64,000 nucleotides of DNA from an uncultured archaeon (lineage in GTDB: Archaea > Iainarchaeota > Iainarchaeia > Iainarchaeales > VGJJ01): NCBI GenBank assembly GCA_964427715.1, contig CAYRUV010000001.1:124125-188124 (forward strand), given 5' to 3'. The notes beneath the pieces are model-generated. The model was given only the letters and a program-made list of their open reading frames with translations. It made no database searches and had not been told where the DNA came from. A program made the translations under genes and the position numbers. Of this stretch, positions 57,061-64,000 are shown in pieces. Numbering within the stretch: position 1 is the first letter of the stretch; each line of letters starts with the position of its first letter.

Positions 57061-57122
57061 GCTTTTTTTTCGGTCGAGCCTTTTCTCTAAAAGGGTCGGT
57101 TCCGATTCTGCCCGGGCCTATT
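57061..57122 (+). repeat. hairpin element copy D plus duplicated tRNA-Val 3' end
   Basis: TCTGCCCGGGCCTATT at 57023-57038 repeated exactly at 57107-57122; CCTTTT-CTCT-AAAAGG at 57079-57094. Confidence 0.75.
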
Positions 57123-57173
57123 TTTGATTTTGCGATTTCTGGCCTGCTTTTAATAGTCTTTTTTCCTTCCTGC

Positions 57174-57506
57174 GTGATGGTCTTTCGCAAGCTCCTGGAG
57201 AGAAAACTCCGTTCCCTTAAGTTGAAGCGGGAACGCGTAGTCCGTTTGTATGATCGGCGACTCAAGCATATTGCGGAGGAGTTGGCGCGCTTGAACAAGG
57301 AATATGCTTCCGCCCCTAGTGGGCGTGCGGCCGAGATCCGTGAGCGGTTGGGTCGTTTGCACGTGCAAGAGGTTTTCACGCGCAGCTATCGGGTTTCTGA
57401 GCCCCGAGAGATGGATGTGAGTATTCGGAAAATTGAGGCACGTTTATCTCGCCCCTCCTTGGGTGAGCGATTCAGGGGTTGGCTTAAGAATCGAAGGAGG
57501 AAATAA
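57174..57506 (+). CDS. basic Arg-rich helical hypothetical protein
   Basis: 110 aa; TTTTAATA about 25 nt upstream; stop abuts the convergent gene. Confidence 0.55.
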   Translation: MMVFRKLLERKLRSLKLKRERVVRLYDRRLKHIAEELARLNKEYASAPSGRAAEIRERLGRLHVQEVFTRSYRVSEPREMDVSIRKIEARLSRPSLGERFRGWLKNRRRK

Positions 57507-58154
57507 TCAGCAGGCCAGCAATTGATTGAGGGTGCTCTTGCTCTGCACGCCCTCGTAGACCTTTTCCCCAATCACTAGCGAGGGGGTTTTCTCAATGGAG
57601 TAATCCTTCACCAACAAGTCCACCGGCTCAATGCCCCCTTCCACGGGGAATGCGAATATTTGGATTTGTTGATGGCACGAGTCGCGTATCTCATTGAGTA
57701 TTTGCGCCTGAATCAAACACTCGTTGCAGTTCGCCCCGTCCGGGAAGAAATACAAAATAGGCTGCTTGAGGGCATTGGATTCCGGACACTTGTATTCGAA
57801 TTTTTTCAAAGAGAAATACAACTTTGCATTGGCAGCTTGGAATCGCTGGCGCACGGTGGAGTAATCGTTCTGCAGTCCATTCTGTCTCGCCTGGTCCAGT
57901 AAACTCAATAGGGGAAATAGTCGTTCATTCTGCTTCTGGATGTGCTCCGTGAGCACTTCACAATACCGCTGCGTGTCGCCGGTGGACTCGATGTATTCTA
58001 AGTAGGCATCCACGGCCCCCTCTTCCGCAATCACGGTATCAATTTTCCCCAAGAGGGTGTTGTTGCGCTCCCCTTCCAATGCGGTAGATAGAAGGAACCA
58101 CGCCGTGAGGATGAGGAGGGTGAGAATCCCTGCACGTACAAATAGGTTTACCAT
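57507..58154 (-). CDS. membrane-anchored thioredoxin-fold protein
   Basis: N-terminal TM; ILYFF...CNEC..QAQIL; YSIEKTPSLVI; 7-nt overlap with the GT2 gene. Confidence 0.72.
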   Translation of the reverse strand: MVNLFVRAGILTLLILTAWFLLSTALEGERNNTLLGKIDTVIAEEGAVDAYLEYIESTGDTQRYCEVLTEHIQKQNERLFPLLSLLDQARQNGLQNDYSTVRQRFQAANAKLYFSLKKFEYKCPESNALKQPILYFFPDGANCNECLIQAQILNEIRDSCHQQIQIFAFPVEGGIEPVDLLVKDYSIEKTPSLVIGEKVYEGVQSKSTLNQLLAC

Positions 58155-59458
58155 TTTTGCACCCCTCCTCGAATGGCATTCACTAAACTATACACTTGGA
58201 TGAATACGATAAAGGCCCAATACACGCTGAGGAAGAGCAATACCCCTGCGAGGGAAATGTTCTGGACCTTTGCCCCCGCGGCGCGGGTGCCCATGTAGGC
58301 TAACAAGAGCGTAATTCCCACAATCATCAAGTAAAGGAAAAGGTGACTGTTCAGGTAGAGCGTGGGCACTACCAGGGTTTCGAATGCGATGGTGGAATAC
58401 GAGGATACCGTTCCCCACGCTGTGTGCCAGTATTCCAATCCCATTCTCACGGCGAGCATGAGGAAGAGAATCGCAGACAAGTCTAGCACCACGCGCAGGG
58501 GGAAGAAGAATCGGAAGAATAGTTTTTTCGTGGAGAACATCTCGCTGCGGTACTTGTAGATCGTCTGCCACCCCCCATAGGCCCATCGCTTGCGCTGGCG
58601 GAATAATTTGTTGATCGTGTCCGGGACTTCCGTGAATACTTGGGCGTGTGGCTCCAGTACGACACGATATCCTAGTTTGTGTAAGTGGAAGGTGATTTCC
58701 ATATCCTCCGTGATGTTGTGCTCGTCATACCCTCCCATTCTCACTAATGCCTCTTTCGTGTAGGCGGATAGGGGTCCCGGCGTCACGTATAATGAATCCA
58801 TCGTGTTGAGGGCGGAATTCTTCAGTCCAAATTCGAGGAAGTATTCCACTTCCTGTATTTTTTGAAGCAACCCATGGTTGTTCTTCACGCGTACAATCGT
58901 GGTGACCGCACCCACATTTTCAAATGCATAGAAGTTGGGGATAAGTTTCATGATGGCATCCGGGGACGGATACGAGTCTCCGTCCATCGCCACGACGATT
59001 TCCCCCTTGGCTTTCTGGAGGGCGGTATTAATCGCGCGGGCTTTTCCTTGGTTCTTTTCAAACCGAATGAAATCGATTCCTTTTCCCTTGAAGTCTTTTA
59101 CAATCTCGGGGGTTTGGTCGGTACTGGCATCATCTACAACCATGATTTGCATTTTTTTGGGATACTCCAATTTGGTCACGCACTCCAAGCAGCGGCGCAA
59201 ACTCTCTCCTCGGTTGAAGGCTGGAATGATGATGGAGACGGTGGGCCACTCCTTGATTGTGGGAATCGCTTTCTTGTCTCGCTCCATATATGCGAGGAAG
59301 AAGAAGCATCCCATGTAGAGGAACAATACGGAGAACGTAATCATGATGGGAAACAAGGGGAGGGTAAACACAACCCATGTTACCACGAGGGCGAAAGCAA
59401 AGTATAGGGTGAGTGCGGCGGCCTGCCATTTGGAGAATTCGGTCTTGAATTCCTTCAT
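58148..59458 (-). CDS. processive family-2 glycosyltransferase (PgaC/HasA/CesA-like)
   Basis: IIIPAFN, VVDDASTD, GKA.AIN, MDGD, TPGP, ITED, QRKRW; TM helices at both ends. Confidence 0.88.
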   Translation of the reverse strand: MKEFKTEFSKWQAAALTLYFAFALVVTWVVFTLPLFPIMITFSVLFLYMGCFFFLAYMERDKKAIPTIKEWPTVSIIIPAFNRGESLRRCLECVTKLEYPKKMQIMVVDDASTDQTPEIVKDFKGKGIDFIRFEKNQGKARAINTALQKAKGEIVVAMDGDSYPSPDAIMKLIPNFYAFENVGAVTTIVRVKNNHGLLQKIQEVEYFLEFGLKNSALNTMDSLYVTPGPLSAYTKEALVRMGGYDEHNITEDMEITFHLHKLGYRVVLEPHAQVFTEVPDTINKLFRQRKRWAYGGWQTIYKYRSEMFSTKKLFFRFFFPLRVVLDLSAILFLMLAVRMGLEYWHTAWGTVSSYSTIAFETLVVPTLYLNSHLFLYLMIVGITLLLAYMGTRAAGAKVQNISLAGVLLFLSVYWAFIVFIQVYSLVNAIRGGVQKW

Positions 59459-59532
59459 ACCAAGACCTGCGAAGGGGTGTTTTAATGGGTTTTGGGTTGA
59501 GCGTCGAAAAATGGGCCTATTTGCGAGTCTAT

Positions 59533-60864
59533 TCACTTCGTGAATGCGCTGGCTGTAACCCCGCCATCCCACGTCGTACGGGGTCTCATTTTGATGGTGT
59601 AGATGGATTCAGCGTTATCATCCAGTAGGAGGGCGTATCCTTTCCCCCTGGGCATTTCAGCATACAGCTTGTCGAAGTCCCCGTGCATGTAGGAGGGTCT
59701 CAATTGTGACACGGCCATGATGTCATCCTGCGCGGTCATGCGGTGGGAGATGAACAAATCACACTGGGAAATGGCATCCGGGTGAAGCTTGTTGGGTCGT
59801 TGCGTCGCTAACACCAGACTTAATCCAGGCTGTCTTCCGACACGGACCCACTCTAACAAAATGTTCAATGCGATGTTGGGTTCGTCTTTGGGCATGAACA
59901 TGTGGGCTTCATCAATCATCAACCAGACAATAGGCATCGAAGATTCTCGTCCTAGACCCTTCATCAATCGAATTTCTTCCTCTTTGCGGTAGAGCATTCG
60001 TTCTTCGAACAATTTCTTTCCCAATAATCCCACAATAATGTCCTTCGTCCCTTCCATCCCAATTGCTTGGCGATACGCCGATACATCGATGACGGTGATG
60101 GTGCCGGCTTGGGCGATGTCCATCATTTTCGTTCCTTCTTTCTCTAGCAAACCCCACCCCTTGGCCATTTCGATTCGATTCTTGAGCGCCTGTTGCGTGA
60201 GCTTGTCCGATTCCGGGTCGCGGGTAATCGCTTGGATGATATCGTCCATTCCGAATCGAGTTCCCAATTGTTCCTTCAACTGCTCCAACACCCTTCCTAG
60301 CAGAATGGCCTCGGGGTCGTGCCACGTGTACCTAAACAGGGCCATCCATTCCGTGATGTCCAACTCACTACAACGAAGCGTGAGGGGTGCGTCTACGGGG
60401 ATTTGCTTCTCGGTGTAGAAGTCCATCTTACCTTTGGGAACCAGGATGCGCACCGGCGTGGCTTCGGGGGTTAATCCCCATTCCGCGAGTTCCTTTTCAT
60501 TTCCCCGCGTGGGCACCTTTAACGTCCAAAATATCCCCACCATGTCAATCACAATCACGGAGATTCGTCGTTTCATCTCGGGCTTTAACTTGGCGAATTC
60601 TTCAATCATGACTCCCATGGAGTAGGATTTTCCCCCGCCGCGCTTTCCGCAAATCAACACCACGTGGGGTTTGGCTGCGTCCATCAATACTTTTCGTCCC
60701 AGCACTGGGTTTTCCCCCGAGGACATGACGACTTTCCCAATGTAGGCGGTTCCTTCCTCTCCATATTTCTGGATGTCCCCCTGCGTACGCCCAACGATGG
60801 TATTCTTGGCCGCGAAGTCCACGTTCACGGAGTTATCGGTCATGCTCTCGAGGAAAGACCCCAT
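59533..60864 (-). CDS. HerA/FtsK/VirB4-superfamily (DUF87-like) ATPase
   Basis: Walker A GKRGGGKS, VIDMVG, Walker B LMIDEAH, RVGRQPGLSLVLATQRP. Confidence 0.85.
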   Translation of the reverse strand: MGSFLESMTDNSVNVDFAAKNTIVGRTQGDIQKYGEEGTAYIGKVVMSSGENPVLGRKVLMDAAKPHVVLICGKRGGGKSYSMGVMIEEFAKLKPEMKRRISVIVIDMVGIFWTLKVPTRGNEKELAEWGLTPEATPVRILVPKGKMDFYTEKQIPVDAPLTLRCSELDITEWMALFRYTWHDPEAILLGRVLEQLKEQLGTRFGMDDIIQAITRDPESDKLTQQALKNRIEMAKGWGLLEKEGTKMMDIAQAGTITVIDVSAYRQAIGMEGTKDIIVGLLGKKLFEERMLYRKEEEIRLMKGLGRESSMPIVWLMIDEAHMFMPKDEPNIALNILLEWVRVGRQPGLSLVLATQRPNKLHPDAISQCDLFISHRMTAQDDIMAVSQLRPSYMHGDFDKLYAEMPRGKGYALLLDDNAESIYTIKMRPRTTWDGGVTASAFTK

Positions 60865-60894
60865 CTATTTAAACCCGAGTAAAGTTATTCCGAA

Positions 60895-61365
60895 ATGCCC
60901 GGCCGAGAGTTGAAAGAGCGAGAAGAGGTCCTTCAAACCTTACTCAAAAAGATTGACGCGGACATCGACCTCTTCACACGGCGCATGGAAAAACTACAAA
61001 AGAAACACGACGATTTGTCGGATGTAGTGGATGATTCGGGGTTGGAACCCGTGCCTATTTCGTTCATCCCTGCTCAGGGAAAAATGGACGTGCTGAATGA
61101 GTTGGAAGTACATATCCTCGAGCTCAACAAGCTCAAGAATTTGGTGGGGATGAAACTCAAACGATTGTTGCAGGAAGAAGAGCTCTTGGATCACCTGCAG
61201 AGCGAGTATGGGAAGAATGTCCAATTCAAGCGCAGCACCAAGGGCGGAATCGAATTGCAAGTGTTGGATAAGGACGCCGATTCCGCGTATGGGGAATTGT
61301 TGGAAAGCAAGAAGCGACTAGAATCCCTTCGCGGACAAATCCATGAGATTGGGGATGAGGACTAG
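60895..61365 (+). CDS. coiled-coil hypothetical protein
   Basis: Heptad-rich; divergent from the ATPase across a 30-nt gap containing TATTTAAA. Confidence 0.65.
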   Translation: MPGRELKEREEVLQTLLKKIDADIDLFTRRMEKLQKKHDDLSDVVDDSGLEPVPISFIPAQGKMDVLNELEVHILELNKLKNLVGMKLKRLLQEEELLDHLQSEYGKNVQFKRSTKGGIELQVLDKDADSAYGELLESKKRLESLRGQIHEIGDED

Positions 61366-61421
61366 GGTTTTTCCTACGCATTCCCGTTCAATTATAAACA
61401 CCCTCGGCGCGAAAAGAGTAT

Positions 61422-62030
61422 ATGGCTGGAGATATCACGTTAGACAAGGAAGTATTCAAAGCGCTCGCCGGAGAAACCCGTGTGAGCGTGCTGAAGGCAT
61501 TAATGGAGCGTCGAAAGACGCAGAGTGAATTGGCCAAGGAAATGAGCCTGGCGGCCCCCACCATCAAGGACCATGTGGACATCCTCGCACACGCAGGGTT
61601 GGTTCGTGAAGTGGACGATGGACACAAGTGGAAGTATATCGAACTCACGGTGAAAGGCAAAGCATTATTGCAGCCGCAGGATAGTCGTATTTTGGTGTTG
61701 CTGGGAACCAGCTTGTTAGGTGTAGCGGCCACGGGATACTTGGCCTACTCACGATATTTTTCTCAACTGCCTGCCCACCCCCCCGGTCCATTTATGGCGG
61801 CGGAGTCCACGATGATGGCCGCGGTCGATTCGGCTCCCACCCTTGCCATGGGAGTATCGGATGCCGCTGCGAAGACGATGAGTGCGTCCGCCCCGGCGGC
61901 CATGGATACGTCTGCACAAGTGGTGATGCAGGTTGCCCCAGTCCTTCCCTCTGCGGAGCTAGCCGTGTTAGTGATTTGTTTAGTGGTCTTTGGTATTAGC
62001 GTGGGAATGTGGATCAAGAAGACGTACTAG
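61422..62030 (+). CDS. ArsR-like wHTH protein with C-terminal membrane segments
   Basis: FKALAGETRVSVLKAL...TQSELAKEMSLAAPTIKDHVDIL..AGLV, followed by two TM. Confidence 0.8.
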   Translation: MAGDITLDKEVFKALAGETRVSVLKALMERRKTQSELAKEMSLAAPTIKDHVDILAHAGLVREVDDGHKWKYIELTVKGKALLQPQDSRILVLLGTSLLGVAATGYLAYSRYFSQLPAHPPGPFMAAESTMMAAVDSAPTLAMGVSDAAAKTMSASAPAAMDTSAQVVMQVAPVLPSAELAVLVICLVVFGISVGMWIKKTY

Positions 62031-62049
62031 GGGGATTCTTCGAATCCCC
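62031..62049. terminator. perfect 8-bp hairpin right after a stop codon
   Basis: GGGGATTC-TTC-GAATCCCC. Confidence 0.45.
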
Positions 62050-62256
62050 GTTTATCGTTTCCGCCGGGAGAAAACGGCGAGAGAAAAAGAGTGATGGGGG
62101 AGTTGGGCTCCCCCACCGGGTTGGGTTGGTATGTTATTTCTTGGGTAGGCAAATTGGGTTGGTTAGTGCTCAAATCGTCCGCGGGGCCCTTACTTGGTTG
62201 GGTTGGGAGTTAAGGAGGGGTCCCGCGTCCGAGTTGAACAGTATTGTTGGGAAGTA

Positions 62257-62739
62257 TCATGCGTTCGCTTGAACGAACACCACCTTTTTTCCGGATTGGA
62301 TTTTTCCTAAGTGTCCGGCTTTCACCAGCATATTCAATCGTTGCGAGGCCGCGTTGGGATTCTTGTATCCCAATTTGGATTGAACGAGCATCGCATCGAC
62401 TTTCTGGTGACTCTCAACTAGTTTCATGATCTTTTGATCCTGCTCAGGGAGAAGAGAAATGGAATGAGCCCCTTGGGTTGGGTTGGGAGTTAGGGTGGGA
62501 CCCACTCCATTCGTCTTCAATTGGAAGGATAATTCGTCGTACTTGCTCTCCATCTTCGCCAGCAACTCATTGGTTTGCTGTCGCTCTTGGGCGAGCTTAT
62601 ACAACAATGCCGCGACCAACATGGGATTGTCGGCGTGGGACATAACGTCGTTCAGGTCGGCGGTCAACTGGGTGAATTCGGGCGAGACCTGGCTCAATAA
62701 GGCCTGAATCTTCCGTTGAGAATCCTCATGATGCGTCAT
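62257..62739 (-). CDS. coiled-coil plus C-terminal wHTH protein
   Basis: Heptads, P/T linker, then LPEQDQKIM...LGYKNPNAASQRLNMLVKAGHL. Confidence 0.72.
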   Translation of the reverse strand: MTHHEDSQRKIQALLSQVSPEFTQLTADLNDVMSHADNPMLVAALLYKLAQERQQTNELLAKMESKYDELSFQLKTNGVGPTLTPNPTQGAHSISLLPEQDQKIMKLVESHQKVDAMLVQSKLGYKNPNAASQRLNMLVKAGHLGKIQSGKKVVFVQANA

Positions 62740-62744
62740 GCATC

Positions 62745-62763
62745 GTCATGATATCATCATGAC
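62745..62763. promoter_or_regulatory. palindromic operator between the TATA box and the start of the wHTH gene
   Basis: GTCATGAT-ATC-ATCATGAC directly adjoining TATATATAC (62764-62772). Confidence 0.55.
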
Positions 62764-62851
62764 TATATATACTTTTCGGGTTCGTTGGGTTTCACTACCC
62801 TATTTCCTTTCTCCTATAAAATGACCTTTGGTAGGCCTCTGGAGGGTAGGA

Positions 62852-63538
62852 TTATGGTTTTGGTGGGTGAGACAATTCTTTCCGGTATGCCTTGGCGATG
62901 GCCAGGGCGGTCTTGTTGATGAGTAATCGCCTGCATTCGAAGAATAACCAATGGGGGTCCACTTGGCCGTATTTTTTCTTCACGGCTGTTTCGAGTGTGA
63001 GTAATTCCTTCTTGGTCAGGCGAACCACGGCGGTAATGTCGGTGGGTGGGATGCGGCGATGAGTGTCCTTCCTGAAGAGGGGCAGGTCCGGTGCGTCTCC
63101 TTCTCCGAAGAGGCGTCTCCGATAGTCGGTCGTGCCAATCACATAGGCGCCTTCGCGGTATCTGTTTTTTCCTGGCTTCCATTTATTTTTCAAGACCATA
63201 ATGGCTGGATAGTCGGCGGGCGTCTTCCATTTTCTCCAATGGGTGAGGGTGCGATTCTGAAAAGCGTGGTTGATGGTTGCGGCGATGGATCCGTGCAGCT
63301 CAGTGAGAGTTGTTCTGTTGCTTTCGGGAGTGATGGATGGCTGATAAACATAGATGTGTCCATCCGTTGAGGATTTGCTTGATGAAAGTCCCCGTCGGTG
63401 GTTGCGCGCTTCTTCCAAGGATGTACCGCGCAGGGCTAATCCAAGATTAGGATTATTCAAAGCGGTTCCCAATCGTCGGAGCGAGGCAGTGTAGATTTGT
63501 TTTCGTGGAGAGCGGCTGCGACTTGAGTGCGCGGGCAT
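62852..63538 (-). CDS. basic hypothetical protein
   Basis: 228 aa with an Arg/Ser-rich N-terminus; TTTTTTAT about 25 nt upstream. Confidence 0.65.
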   Translation of the reverse strand: MPAHSSRSRSPRKQIYTASLRRLGTALNNPNLGLALRGTSLEEARNHRRGLSSSKSSTDGHIYVYQPSITPESNRTTLTELHGSIAATINHAFQNRTLTHWRKWKTPADYPAIMVLKNKWKPGKNRYREGAYVIGTTDYRRRLFGEGDAPDLPLFRKDTHRRIPPTDITAVVRLTKKELLTLETAVKKKYGQVDPHWLFFECRRLLINKTALAIAKAYRKELSHPPKP

Positions 63539-63590
63539 GGTGTGAGTAATGTTTCGGGCGATAAAAAAGGTTTTGGGAAAAAAGAGAGAA

Positions 63591-63611
63591 GGGCCGGCTT
63601 TTCGCCGGTCC
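63591..63611 (-). terminator. GC hairpin followed by a pyrimidine/T tract
   Basis: GGACCGGC-GAAAA-GCCGGCCC then TTCTCTCTTTTTT, 10 nt after a stop codon. Confidence 0.5.
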
Positions 63612-63621
63612 CGAATAATTT

Positions 63622-64000
63622 TTACTTCAAGTATTTGATGGTATTTTCCATGATTCCCGCGGTGATGCCCGGGTTATAGTTGAAGTAGATGACTTTTCCA
63701 CCACCCAACTGGGCCTGTTCCACGATGGCCGGGAAGTTCTTTCCCGTTCGTGCGTCTTCGATGTAGGCGATCTCGTTGCCGGTGACTCCGACATCAAATA
63801 CCGTTAATCCCAAGTATCCGACTTCGGCCTGCGCAGGAACGCGTTCGATTCCCTGCATAATGGGGTGTTTGTAGTCTTGCTGCCAAATCACTCCCAACAC
63901 GACAATGGGTCGCTTGCACGTGGGCTGTCCGTCGAGGATAATATCACAATTCACGGGGACAATGGATCCGAAGTTAGCCTTCCATCCCAATACATCCAAT
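63622..64000 (-). CDS. C-terminal part of a hypothetical (probably surface) protein, truncated by the window edge
   Basis: Open frame to the window end; GGGKVIYFNYNPG near the C-terminus. Confidence 0.6.
   Translation of the reverse strand, partial: LDVLGWKANFGSIVPVNCDIILDGQPTCKRPIVVLGVIWQQDYKHPIMQGIERVPAQAEVGYLGLTVFDVGVTGNEIAYIEDARTGKNFPAIVEQAQLGGGKVIYFNYNPGITAGIMENTIKYLK

Noticed and set aside
57061-57122. A tenth tRNA (Arg-TCT) or split-tRNA half
   Set aside because: No acceptor 5' strand or D arm, position 33 would be C, the T stem does not pair, and no BHB/leader pairing was seen. Treated as a repeat.
56672-57379. 235-aa minus-strand ORF
   Set aside because: It overlaps tRNA-Val, the repeat and two better-supported genes; shadow ORF.
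59533-60864. Canonical HerA-NurA DNA end-resection operon
   Set aside because: No nurA, mre11 or rad50 neighbours, and the N-terminus looks too short for a HAS barrel.
62170-62259. TGA readthrough extending the wHTH protein
   Set aside because: A second in-frame TGA follows after 28 codons; the apparent QPN repeats need a frameshift.
1-64000. Genome-wide TAG reassignment
   Set aside because: cobO, ychF and proS end in TAG exactly at their family C-termini, and only one candidate in-frame TAG was found.
1-64000. CRISPR array, integrase, transposase or prophage
   Set aside because: No regularly spaced repeats and no recombinase, transposase or viral hallmark motifs were recognised.

Overview
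Archaeal chromosome segment of about 50% GC, read with the standard code (TAG/TAA/TGA all used as stops). The archaeal assignment rests on GatE, archaeal-type ProRS/AspRS/AsnRS, ATP-dependent DNA ligase, Dph6, ZPR1, a C/D-box sRNA, class III (pilin-like) signal peptides and TATA boxes about 23-30 nt upstream of start codons. Gene content and the many orphan ORFs suggest a DPANN lineage, possibly Iainarchaeota/Diapherotrites (inference, not tested). The window is mostly housekeeping: 9 intron-less tRNAs, three aaRSs, class II RNR plus cobalamin adenosyltransferase, arcC-arcB, Dus, PepF, a DEAD-box helicase and MFS/ABC transporters. No CRISPR array, integrase or transposase was seen. Most notable observations: (1) a GGDEF (diguanylate-cyclase-like) protein with a variant RIGDGEEF loop in an archaeon; (2) a short CTTTT-N3/4-AAAAG hairpin element found next to tRNA genes, in two cases sitting between a tRNA 3' end and a 16-bp duplicate of that end; (3) a five-gene copper operon containing an unusual HMA plus Met-rich membrane protein, divergent from a membrane-anchored wHTH gene, with two GTTTCA-N5-TGAAAC palindromes flanking the shared TATA box; (4) dph6 translationally coupled to a class I glutamine amidotransferase; (5) a C/D-box guide RNA not in the ORF track; (6) two large pilin-signal adhesin-like proteins sharing a Cys-stapled module; (7) a HerA-like ATPase next to a processive GT2/thioredoxin-fold pair; (8) an RNase H combining an HIII-type N-domain with an HII-type active site; (9) a small ORF with an in-frame amber codon; (10) several strongly basic orphan proteins.
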